DNA of 63,806 bases, filler included, from Reticulomyxa filosa (Eukaryota; Protista; Foraminifera): the NCBI GenBank assembly GCA_000512085.1. It is 20 parts of 20 records of this genome, joined end to end, with 100 filler letters (N's around TTAATTAATTAA, not from the genome) between each part and the next. Parts side by side here need not be neighbours in the genome. Positions count along the whole stretch, not along the records: positions 1 to 1,047 come from ASPP01040327.1; positions 1,148 to 5,261 come from ASPP01026815.1; positions 5,362 to 6,930 come from ASPP01049117.1; positions 7,031 to 8,803 come from ASPP01001740.1; positions 8,904 to 22,335 come from ASPP01025480.1; 15 more parts are not named here. One strand, written 5' to 3'. The position numbers were made by a program, and so were the translations under genes. Shown piece after piece: positions 1 through 11,219 of this stretch. Each line of letters starts with the position of its first letter. The stretch's first letter is position 1. The notes beneath the pieces are model-generated. The model saw nothing but the letters and a program-made list of their open reading frames with translations, was not told the DNA's origin and searched no databases.

Positions 1-771
1 TTGTTTTGACGAAAGCTATTTTTGTAAATTGGAGGGGAGGGGGGCATTTTACAACGTGTTTTTCTTAGTTCTCATTTTTTGTGCATTTTTGTTTGTTTTT
101 ACTTTTCGCTTTTTTTTGGATTTTACTGGTGACACTTTGTCACTCTTTGAATTGCAATGAATATTGTTTTTTTGGAATGACATCAAAACAAACGAAAGCC
201 ATTCTTTTTTGATTTCAGCCATGCTACCAAGTCAAATATTTTTTTTTTTTTACCCAGAAAATGGCAAAAAACATGTTTCATTTCATGTTCTGACTGTTGG
301 ATCACATGAAACAAATGTGGGTCATTTATTATCAATTGTGGGTCATTTTTATATTTTTTTGAACTGATTATTATAAAAAAGTACTTTTTTTTTTAGAAAA
401 ATGTAGTTAAAAGGGGGATGTTGTTCCAAATTTTTTATTTTTTTCTTCTTAATGGTTGTTGTTGCTTTGCAACTTTAGCCGCATTGACTAGGATCTTTGT
501 GACTATGTGAGACCAATCGTTGCTTTTGTGAAGTCTTGCTATAATCATTGGGCCACCTTATTGTCAATTGATATTTCTACAATCTACTTTCGTTCGTGCT
601 TGAAATTCGCGGATGCCTGCATTGAGATATTTAGTATTCAAATGGCAAAAGAAAAACGGTCGAGCTTGTTTACAAGTGGTATATACGAAGGCAAGGAAAA
701 AAAGTGAGGACATTATTAACGTGATTGCCATTTCTTGCGAAGCATATGTTATGAATGAACATGGGATATGA

Positions 772-1047
772 GTTCACGTGTATTTGGACCCATTGCTGCC
801 TCGCATTGCAGAGTTGATGCAAAATTGAAGCGATCGACGGACCAAAGTCGCAGCATGCGAGGCCATACATGCCATTATGGTGAAAATAGTGTCGGACAAT
901 GCCAGCGATCCCAATATCGATAAACACAAGGCAAAGACACTAGGAATATCACAAAATCTATTCCCATTTATTCCCTTGTCCTGCTCCGATTGGCCGTCGA
1001 CACCGAACAGGTCGCCCAACAAATGTTCCGTTCTTTGGTCAAACAGC
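772..1047 (+). pseudogene. PRKDC: DNA-dependent protein kinase catalytic subunit (DNA-PKcs) fragment, disrupted
   Basis: Manual translation gives VYLDPLLPRIAELMQN*SDRRTKVAACEAIHAIM, then after a frameshift LVLLRLAVDTEQVAQQMFRSLVKQ. This matches the DNA-PKcs HEAT segment (IFLDVFLPRVTELAL..SDRQTKVAACELLHSM...[23 protein letters not shown]). In-frame TGA at 826-828 and a frameshift near 940-970. Confidence 0.8.
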
Positions 1048-1147
1048 NNNNNNNNNNNNNNNNNNNNNNNNNNNNNNNNNNNNNNNNNNNNTTAATTAAT
1101 TAANNNNNNNNNNNNNNNNNNNNNNNNNNNNNNNNNNNNNNNNNNNN
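1048..1147. other. Artificial contig-joining spacer N44-TTAATTAATTAA-N44 (first of 19)
   Basis: Identical 100-nt block with stops in all six frames at 1048, 5262, 6931, 8804, 22336, 25331, 26465, 27766, 29340, 30454, 31614, 34351, 35715, 44045, 45817, 48945, 54538, 57234 and 61573. Confidence 0.99.
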
Positions 1148-1223
1148 GAAAAAGAAATAATCAAAAAGACAAAAAAAAAAAAAAAAAAAATATTCAATCA
1201 ATCAAAAAAAACAAACAAATGAA

Positions 1224-1883
1224 GTGTTGATGGGTGCATCAATGGGCGGTGCTGTGGCAATAATGGCGGCGAAACATTACAAAGAACGCATTCAAGCGAT
1301 TGTTTGCGATTGCAGCTTTTATTCATTGCGTGAAATAATAGGATATCGATTGAGCAAGTGGAACTTCTTTCCCGTGGCCCTCATTCCCTCTTGCTTGTAT
1401 GTAATGAATCTGATGAACGAGTTTGTGTATGGCTACAGCGTCGATGATATCTCGCCTATTCGTGTAATCACCGACAAGGACTTTGATATCCCAATGCTGT
1501 TTGTGCACTCATCTAACGACTCGGTTGTTCCAATGAAACACAGTGAGTGCATGTATGACCAGTGCAAAAGTGCAAAAAAAGATTTGTGGATCATTGACGG
1601 CATTGACCATTGTGGTGGGTTTTTTTATCAACCAAAAGTCTTTGTCACGAAAATTACCAATTGGGTGGACAATGTGTTGGAAGAAGAAAAAGGGCATCAG
1701 AACCACAACAAATCATCTTCATCTTCATCTTCATCAACACTGCCATCCCAATCACAACAAACATCGTCCCCAATTCAATCCAATGACACTCCGACGCCCA
1801 TTCCTGAGGACAATACTTCCAATAACAACTCAAATCTTTTTTCTTTGATTGGAATAAAAAAAAAACAAAAAGAAATTGTCTGA
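1224..1883 (+). CDS. Alpha/beta hydrolase (YqkD/ABHD-like), 3' exon
   Basis: Nucleophile elbow GASMGG, PMLFVHSSNDSVVP (catalytic Asp) and IDGIDH (catalytic His). Ser-rich tail. 5' part lost at the contig edge. Confidence 0.9.
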   Translation: MLMGASMGGAVAIMAAKHYKERIQAIVCDCSFYSLREIIGYRLSKWNFFPVALIPSCLYVMNLMNEFVYGYSVDDISPIRVITDKDFDIPMLFVHSSNDSVVPMKHSECMYDQCKSAKKDLWIIDGIDHCGGFFYQPKVFVTKITNWVDNVLEEEKGHQNHNKSSSSSSSSTLPSQSQQTSSPIQSNDTPTPIPEDNTSNNNSNLFSLIGIKKKQKEIV

Positions 1884-2678
1884 GTGTCAAAACTGCAACA
1901 TATACTCTAAAGGGAGGAGGGAACAGAGAGGGGCAAAATCAATATATCAATACATAACTGATTCTTTGCTTTGCATCATACCAAGGGCTTCTTTTTGCAT
2001 TTTTTGCAATTTGAATTTTTTTGTTGTTGTTGCTGCTGTTCTGTTGTGCTGCGTTGCGGTTTTGAAACAATATAACTGTTGCTCCACTGTTAAACACCAT
2101 TGTTCCGTTTGCCTTGGTCGACATTTTTAACACTTCGTTTCTTGCTTCATTGTTTCCAAATATATTTTAGTTTTCTGTATTTCGTGTATCTTTTAATCAT
2201 CATACATTGTATTACCTTGCTTTTTAGTTGCGTTTCTCCTTCTCTGCTTGGCATTGCTCAATATTTACTTTTTTTTTGTTTGCTCATAAACGCACTTTTA
2301 GAATGTTATGACAATGCACACTTTGGGCAAGATGCAAATTAACTGGCAAAGTGTAGAATCGAACAAACAAAATTCCTTTTAATTTTTGGTTGTTGTTTAG
2401 CATACCAAAAATATCATCTTTAATAATCAATCTATTGATAAATATCTACATTTGAACTTTGTTGGAAATAGCACTGTCAATAGCGCCTTGATAACACAAG
2501 TTGAAGCTTCAAGTTTCAGTCAAGCATCTTAAATAAGCTATGCCATTTATCAGCAACCAAACAATTGTAATTAAAAGAAAAATATTTCATCAAATCTGTG
2601 TTGTATGAAACTGACAAAACAGCAAAAAAAGGGCATGTGAACTTTTAGCATAATCCTTTATTGATTTCAAATTAAAAG

Positions 2679-4668
2679 ATGAAAGGTTTTTTCAGCACAT
2701 GTCCAGTGTCTAGCTCAACTAAAATCCTAAAAACACAAAAAAGTTATTTTGGGCATACACAAAGGCAAGCTCAGACGGAAAAAGTCAAGACTTTCAGTTC
2801 AAGCAAAATTCCAATTGTAATACCTACAAATAATGCGCCCGTGCACTTGTACACTTCAAGGGTTGAGGAAAAGGCATTCAGTCAAGTGTTGGCGCTTGCA
2901 AATTCTGGTAACATTGATTACAGCTGTAGTTTTTCTTTATTTTTTTTTCATCCAGCTAAAATCAATAAAAAAAAAGATCGACAATCCAACTCAAAAAAAA
3001 AAAAAAGATATTCCAGTAGGTCCTTTGGCCATTATGCCCGACGTTCATTGGGGGAAGGGAAGTGTCGTTGGTGCAGTTTTCGCATGTAAGGATAAGATCT
3101 GTCCAATGGCCGTAGTTTCGTGTGCACTTTTAAATGTCCCCTTTTTTCGCATGATTTGTGATTGGAAGGGAGAGAGGGATGCTTAAGAAAAAAAAAAATT
3201 GAGGTTGCTTCTTCTTTTTTTTTTTTTTTTTTTTAAAAAAAGGGAGTCGATATCGGTTGTGGAATGACAGCAGTCCGAATAAAAGATATAAGTCACAATG
3301 AGATAAATGACAACCAGTTGGAACATCTGCAACAACTGATAAAAGAGCGTATACCCGTGGGGTTCAATTCGCACATAAAACCCCTGAGAGACAGCGACGT
3401 GGCATTGAAGAAGTGTTGCGAGCTCCATTCACCAAGCAATTGGCTGCACCGATATTTGAGAAAGGACAACATGGTGGCCAATCAAATTGGGACATTAGGC
3501 GGAGGCAATCATTTTTTGGAAATATTGTACGAAGACCAGTTAGCAAAGGATAAAACCGGAAATATCATGTTACCAAGCAATGAGATCAAATCTCTCTCTG
3601 AAAGTTTAAATCATACAAAAAGTTTGTGTTTAAGAGAGAGAGAGAAAGAGAGAAGTGGAGGGGATAGAACATTGGAAAGGGGGGGGGAGGGGAGGAAAGA
3701 ACAGAAATAGACAGATTATTTGCACAATCAAAATATATGAAGAAAGGACGAAACCTGCAGATCCAAGACCGGTTTGGTTGATGCTTCATAGTGGTTCACG
3801 ACGCGTCGGTAATAAGACGGCAGAGTATCATGAAGGGATAGGGATTCGAAAGTACAAGCGCAATAGCGATCCGCTGGCCTGGCTTCCTATTGATAGCGAT
3901 GATGGCCAAAATTACTTAAATGACATGCGCTGGTGCCAAGGTTCTTTCTCTCAATGACGTGGTGTGTGTGTGGACGTGATTGCTTGTTTTATCTTTTCTT
4001 ATTTGAATTTTATTTTATTTTATTTTTTTTTTTTTGTATACGTATATATGTATTTGTGTGTATATTTGATATTCATATTTATATTTATATTTGTATCTTC
4101 TTATAAATATGTGTGTGTGTTTGTGGGGAGAGAATACGCCTATTTAAATCGCGAATTCATGCTGAAGGCGATGGTATCGTGCGTTCAAGACGTATTGAAA
4201 AAAGAACCGGATTGGAACACTTTTGTCACTGTTCATCACAATTATTGCACATGTGAAAGCTGTCGCTACAAAGACAATAGAACTGGCCAATGGCGAGAAG
4301 AGGAACTATGGGTCACAAGGAAGGGCGCCACTAGTGCAAAGAAAGACGAATATGGGATTATCCCCGGCTCCATGGCCACGGGAAGTTTTATTGTCAAAGG
4401 TCTGGGGAATGATATGTCGTGGCACAGTTGCAGTCATGGCGCAGGTCGGCGAATGGGCAGGAAACAGGCTGCGGGCATTTTGTCAACGAAAGAATTTTTT
4501 AACCAGCTCGATGCCTCGGGAGTGGTATGTGATCGTGATGAACGCTTAATTGATGAGTCTCCACTAGCCTATAAAGACTTAAATGAAGTCATCAGACACC
4601 AGACCAATGCAAGTATTATCAAAATTGAACATAGGTTACTGCCTTTGGTCAATGTGAAAGGTTTTTAA
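2679..4668 (+). CDS. rtcB: RtcB 3'-phosphate/5'-OH RNA ligase, bacterial (E. coli-like) type, five exons
   Basis: Exons about 2679-2907, 3008-3114, 3243-3603, 3743(or 3761)-3940 and 4133-4668, joined by GT-AG introns in frame. Motifs MPDVHWGKG, GVDIGCGM, QIGTLGGGNHFLEI, LMLHSGSR, VHHNY, VTRKGA, IIPGSM, SCSHGAGR, DESPLAYKD, VNVKG. Confidence 0.95.
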
Positions 4669-5747
4669 ACTGTAAGATTACTCTTTACTTTGGAGCCTTT
4701 CCAATCAATCATCAAAAAATGTTACCACTTGATCACATTCTCTCCTTATTGTGATTGTTTTGTTTTTCTCCTCATTTTACATGGGAGGATGGTGATATAA
4801 ATTGGCCAAGTTGGGATTTTGCTAGCATTTTCTTCTCACTAAAGATACCCACAAATTTATTTTTGCAAACTGCTCTATGGTAGAGGGGGAGCTCCAACGG
4901 AGCTTAGGGAATCCTCTTTCTAAAAAAAAACAGTGGATTTTCAGTATTCCGAATTTTTCTTTTGTGGAAAGAACAAAAGAGATAATTGTGAAACGACAAC
5001 TTGATGATGCTACTTATGTTAGATGGGATACTTCAAAGACAAAATTTATTTCATTTTGTCTATTTTCAAAATAACAATATATGATCTTATAAATGACATC
5101 TTTAAAATCCTTAAGAAAGAAATGAACTCTAAACTAAAGAGACTGAATACGCACTTTTTTTTGGGTTAAGCATAAGAAAATGGAGGAAAAGTTTTAACAG
5201 TGCTATTTTCATTTTTCTTTTTTTGATATTGGATCATGTTGTTTGCACAAAAAATTTGATCNNNNNNNNNNNNNNNNNNNNNNNNNNNNNNNNNNNNNNN
5301 NNNNNTTAATTAATTAANNNNNNNNNNNNNNNNNNNNNNNNNNNNNNNNNNNNNNNNNNNNTCACCACGAGGTACACATCTTCAACTAAAGCACTTTTCA
5401 AAAAATGTTTTTGTCTTCGAAAAAAGGTTTTCTTTGGCGATGTTTTGCGAAGATAGAAAGCGAACAATTTGCAAAAGTATCTAAAAAAAATTATTTTTTT
5501 TTGTCGCCGAGACGATGCTAGCAGAAATTTTGACAAATAACGAGTTGAAAGAAGATCTCGCGACAAAATGTGGATATATTTTGAGCATTTTTGAATGCCG
5601 AAAAGTCTTTAAAAGCTGAATCACTTATTAAGTGCTTTGTTCGATATACAGTTTAGTAGTGTTCTCAAGTTAAAAAAACAATGTGACACAAAAACGATCA
5701 AAAAAACAGGACATTAGTATAATTGTGCCAAGAGTGGAAAAAAGAAG

Positions 5748-6830
5748 ATGAGTAAGCAAATGAATGTAAAAACAAAAAGCCACATTAACGAACACGAACG
5801 AAAGGACATAGTGATCAAAAGGTTACTCAGTGTGCGTAGTTTAAAAAAGTTGTACGAAGGATATAAGACAAAAAATAGCGATAAATGGACATTAATGAAA
5901 AATATAATAATATCCGCTCCAGAAAAGTTTGTGAAAGATTATTCACAGCAAACTGCTTTTGTGCTCGAAAGAAACAAAGCAGTTGTCTTTGCAATTGATT
6001 TTGTTATAAGTCCAATATCAACATGGTCAGTGGACGTTACAGACTGAACACAAAGAGAGCTGTCCCAACGATTTTTTTTCTTTTGACGAAATAAAAAAGT
6101 CCATTTTGGAAATATTTCGCCACTTTTTGCATTTGTGTTCCATTGTACATGTCCAAAAACTTGATGCTATTTGTAAAGACAGACTCACTTTGAGTTTTGA
6201 AAAAAACGTTGTTGTTTTGCATGAGTGGCATACCAAAGACGACGTGTTCTTTGCAACATCATTAAAATCCGTTTCGAGTTTGTACTCTGCAGCGGATGAA
6301 TACCAAAACTTGCTCAAAAATCAAATGCTCACACTTTTCGAAGCAAAGTTGGGATGAGTTTGTTTCAAAGTATGCTCATCAATCTTTGTTTGTTTTGGCA
6401 ATGTGGAGTGTTGCAATCTCTTATGTTGTACCTTCACCGAGCTGACAACAGAGTAAATAAACTATTTCAAACATTTGTACTTACAAGACAAAGACGATTC
6501 ATCGTCTCCTACACATACTAGTTGTTGGTGATGGCAACTTTTCGTTCTCGATAAGTCTGGTATATATTTGGCCACACATTTGCCAATCGAAGTCGCTGGA
6601 GTTAATCGCTACATGTTACCACTCCAAAGATGAACCGATCCAGAGATATGTCAACGATGGTATCGGCCAAATTGTGCATGACATACAACATGTGCTAACA
6701 GTGACTTGAGTCACTCCATCATTTTATATGGAGTCGATGCCACCAACTTGGAGCTGAATTTCCCAGTGTCAACCCAACATAACCTACTTGAAGAGATAAA
6801 GATCATGCAAAGAAAGATTACTTGGAGTTT
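5748..6830 (+). pseudogene. Degraded coding sequence of an unidentified large protein
   Basis: Coding-like composition broken into short ORFs in different frames (5748-6047, 6106-6357) with scattered stops downstream and no intron-like tracts. Confidence 0.4.
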
Positions 6831-7055
6831 TTCGATTGGATTATTTTCAATTTCCAACATGTTATAATACATACATTTATTGGATTATATATTAAGTTAC
6901 AAAAAAAAAAAGGTGGAGCCTGACAATGGANNNNNNNNNNNNNNNNNNNNNNNNNNNNNNNNNNNNNNNNNNNNTTAATTAATTAANNNNNNNNNNNNNN
7001 NNNNNNNNNNNNNNNNNNNNNNNNNNNNNNTATAAATCTTAATCATTTTTAATAA

Positions 7056-7349
7056 GTGGTCACTTTCATTATTTGTACGTATTTCTTTTTTTTAACTTTG
7101 GTATGTGTTTTTGGTGTTTTTGGTGTTTGCAAAGATTCTTGGGATTGTGAAGGAATGTGTGGCACGCTAGTTTGCAAAGAACAATCTACGGGAGGCAAAG
7201 AGACATTGTCTTTTAAAGAAAGTGCTGGAATTGTCGCTGGTGGCGTCGCCTGTCTTTGGATCATTGCTTACTGTGTCTATCGACTCAAAAAACGACGTAA
7301 TAAACAACCTTTATTAGTTCCAGAAAATTCTAGAGGATATAATACGTAA
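7056..7349 (+). CDS. 3' exon of a single-pass membrane protein
   Basis: Cys-containing segment, then hydrophobic AGIVAGGVACLWIIAYCVY followed by basic RLKKRRNK. The 5' part of the ORF is probably intron. Confidence 0.5.
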   Translation: MVTFIICTYFFFLTLVCVFGVFGVCKDSWDCEGMCGTLVCKEQSTGGKETLSFKESAGIVAGGVACLWIIAYCVYRLKKRRNKQPLLVPENSRGYNT

Positions 7350-8574
7350 AAAAAAAAATGTTAGTTTTTATTTGGGTGTAGTTTTTTTTTTGCTAAATAT
7401 CGATAGTGTTTGTTTTTGTTCTTGTGCTCGTATTTTTAAATAATCAAATATTTCGTTTGAAAATTTACGACGTCTATGTCTTCTTTCTTAATACATTCGC
7501 TCCTCGCTATTACATAAGACATTACGACGAAAGAAGAATATGTGTACAAATTGCTTAAAATAAAAATGTCATTTCGTTGTGTTGTCGTATATGTTTACTT
7601 TGTACCATATCAAAAAAATTATTGCATTGATAAAGTTACGAATACAAAAAGAAATACAAGTAAAGACACCAATTGCACTTGAAAGTTTTTTATTGTTCGC
7701 AAAGAATTAGTTATGATAATAATTCACAAACAATCTACAATTTGATGCAAAAGCTTACTTGTAATCTTTATTGAGCAAATATAATTGTTTGCCCTTCTTT
7801 TTGTTATTGTGACTTTTTATAATATCAGATTCTCATTTTTTTAAAAGATAACTACGAAAATTTCCAAAAAAAGAAGTGTTATGAATATACAATTGCAATA
7901 TTATTGATATTTGATTTATATTAATATTTATTTTAAAATTGAAAAAAGAATATATAAATGATATATCATTATAACAATATTTCCAAATTAATAACATAAT
8001 AATTTTAATGTTTACATATATATATGTGGGTACTACAAAAAACAGCACATGTACAACACTTTTTTTAAAAAAATAATTTATCTTATTTATAGTTAAAAAG
8101 TTATTAAAATCTGTAAATCTCGTTTTTGACACTTAATTTAAAAAATTCATTGTAAAAGTGGTAACTCAAATAATAGTAAAATTAAATATTCTATTAGTCC
8201 TGTTGTGAACAAATAATAGCAATTGTTGAAATGGAACAACAAATCAAATAATGTGTTACAACAAAACAGCACTCTTTGTTTCCTGATTTTGATTTATATA
8301 GAACAATTTGGGTTCGACAAACGAGTTACCTGTAAAAAGGGGTTTTGGAAAGATATCCAAATTGGAATTAATAGGGCAAAAAGCCTCATTTGTAACATGA
8401 ATCCTTTTGGAAATGTAAGGATTGCTAATATTTTTTGTTATTATTTGTTTACTCTGCAAACAACAAACACTTCAAAACAACAAAAACAATGAAGAGTGCG
8501 TACGACAGCAGTTGGCAGAAGTTAAGACCAACACGAACAAACAACAATGTGAAAGCAATGATTAATGTGAAGAA

Positions 8575-8803
8575 ATGTGTGATGTACGAGGAGATAGTGA
8601 GGAGACAACAAACTCAAGTTTCAACAATCAAAAGAAAGGACCGAATGAAAACATTTATGGAGACAACAGCAATAGCAACAACGTGACAAGAGAAAAGTCA
8701 AGTAAAACGATAGACAACAGCAACTTGGCCCTCAGAGAAGAAAGGCTTCGCAACAAAGAGAAGGCATTATTGGAGCGAAAGCAGCATTTGGATAGATTGT
8801 GTG
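8575..8803 (+). CDS. Hypothetical coiled-coil protein fragment
   Basis: Open to the contig end, with LALREERLRNKEKALLERKQHLD heptad-like stretch. Confidence 0.3.
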
Positions 8804-9690
8804 NNNNNNNNNNNNNNNNNNNNNNNNNNNNNNNNNNNNNNNNNNNNTTAATTAATTAANNNNNNNNNNNNNNNNNNNNNNNNNNNNNNNNNNNNNNNNN
8901 NNNAAAAAAAAATTTTACATTGGAAAATGTATCCACCAGATTATAATCGTGGTTTTGATATTCCTTCATCTATTATTCATATTCTTTATCCATCTTTTTC
9001 TTATAATTCTATTTCTTTATCTAATTTGCATCTTTTTAATTCTTCTTCTTCCAATTATAGTAATTTTATTTTTCAAGATATTATTTTTCCTGTTAGAATA
9101 TATCTTCCACAATTATTGATTTTATTACCTTATCCTGATATGAGTTTTGTTTATATATATATATATATTATATAAATATATTATATATATTTATTTTTAT
9201 TTATATCATCATATACATGTATACATATATATATGTATATAGGTATGGTTTTCAATGTTATTGCCTTTTCTTCTACTTTACTCGCATTTTATTTTGGCAC
9301 CGCTTTTAATAATTTATATCGTCCTATTTCTGATTTACATAATAAAAATATTCATGTCCTTTTGCAATATATTTCCAATCTTTATGCAAAAATTAAACAA
9401 AGGTTTCGATTTTAATTATTGTTGTTGTGTTATTGGTTTTATGAATTTTACAAGTAAATCATGCCATGTGGTATATTTTCATTATTGATAATCTTGGAAA
9501 AACACAAGTAATTAAATAGAAACAGAATATATTGAACAATTTCATTTTTGTATCTCTTGTGCATGATTACCTTAGCCAACAAAAAGATAAATAGCTTGTT
9601 TGTACAACAATGAAAATATCAACACATGAACATTATGAGTATTGAAATCTAAAAAACTTTTATAAAGCGTCAAATCCAAATTTTTGAAAA

Positions 9691-10861
9691 ATGGAAACGA
9701 AAACAAAAATTTTTTCAAATATCTCTGAAAAAGAAATGTTGATTTATTTAACACACTGCCAAGAGCAAAAAGATATGGATCAATTTATGCATGAGTACAA
9801 AATCCGAGAAGAAAAAACAAAACTGAAACAAATTTCCGAAGAAAGTCTATTTCATATATACAACGAACTTTGCTCATTCTTACGTGTTCCTCCGACCGAT
9901 ATTTGTTTCAAAATTTTAAATCGAAATGATAATGACAGAAAAAATATTACCGAGATAGTATTTCCAAATAAGTGTCCACCTCTCTCACTGGCCAAAATGC
10001 TGTCAATCATATTATCTTATTTTTCTTGTCGTGTTTCACTCAAATTCTTCAATGAAGCATTAAAAGAAAATATTTTTGGTAATTCATTGGAAGAATTCGT
10101 AAGTATTTTGAAAGAAAACATTGAAATTATATCGATACAACATGTTTCACTAGCTTTAAAAACTGGTATGGAAAAAATATTTCAAACAATAAGAGATTAA
10201 GGTATATGCCAAATATTAGTTTTTTTGACAAAAAGGCTTTAACCAGCTTTTCAATTTATTTCCATTCCAGTATTTACGTTGTCTTGTCATGAAGAATTGT
10301 CATCTCGACGACAAAGATTGTAGTGTAATATCGCAACAAATAATGAAACCCTCAAATAGCCCAGATGTATTATACTATTTGTCTTCTATAATCTTGGACT
10401 TCAATGATATTGGCAATGAAGGGTTCTTAGCGCTGCTCAATGCTGTTGTTAATGAAGAAAATCAAATTCAAATTATGCATTTATCATTGGCATACAATAA
10501 AGTTGATGATATTGGATTTGCACAATTAGTTACAACAATTGCACAGGGAATTAAAACAAATTCTCGAAATGAAGTGTTAAGTCCTTTAAAAAAAATTGAT
10601 TTAACTGCAAATCGTGTTACTTCAAAATCAATTGAATTACTTTATTCCACAACAATAATTTGCTCCAAACAACAAGACAAGCTCAATGTAACTAAAAATG
10701 CTAACGTTGCTTCCACTTCAGAAAAGCCAGATTGCAATCCAGAAACAACCCTTGTTTCACAACTTGGTGAGATAAATATTGTCTTGAGACATAATATTTC
10801 ATCGTTTGAAGTTGAAAAAGTGAGACAAGAATTTTTTGTTCCAAACGTTACGTTACTGTAA
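9691..10861 (+). CDS. Leucine-rich repeat protein (RI/RanGAP-like LRR), two exons
   Basis: Intron 10166-10235 (GTATGG...AAAAG) joins the two ORFs in frame. LRR units LVMKNCHLDD, IILDFNDIGNEG, LSLAYNKVDDIG, IDLTANRVTSK. Confidence 0.85.
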
Positions 10862-11219
10862 AAACTGACCACTAATTTTGTTTTTTTAAATGTTTTAAAC
10901 GTAGCATTCATTTGAAATAAACTTTTACATTCCAGCTGACACATTTTGGTCATAAGTCTATGAACTTATCATACAGTTCAAATATTTCTAAATGATAACA
11001 GTAGTAATCTTTTCTGTTTAAAGAAAATTTGTGTCACACAATGAACACTCCCAAAATTAATTTGAAGCATAACTCAGTGTTATTTAAATTAAATCTATGA
11101 TATTATTAAATAAATAACTATACATTTGAATTATTGGTTCCAACAAACATGGTACTACGTTATAAATAGTTTGAAAAATTTTGGAGTCAATGTTTTGCAA
11201 TCTTCATAAATTTGCGCCT

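Noticed and set aside
2679-4668. rtcB as bacterial contamination
   Set aside because: Four GT-AG introns with host-style homopolymer tracts interrupt conserved motifs.
4825-4850. U5 snRNA-like ACTAAAGAT
   Set aside because: The invariant GCCUUUUAC loop is absent.
8927-9488. Plus-strand ORFs, and a possible minus-strand RNase H/LINE remnant (IIDEGISKPRL*SGGY)
   Set aside because: The plus ORFs are low-complexity shadows. The minus-strand resemblance is too degraded to support without a search.
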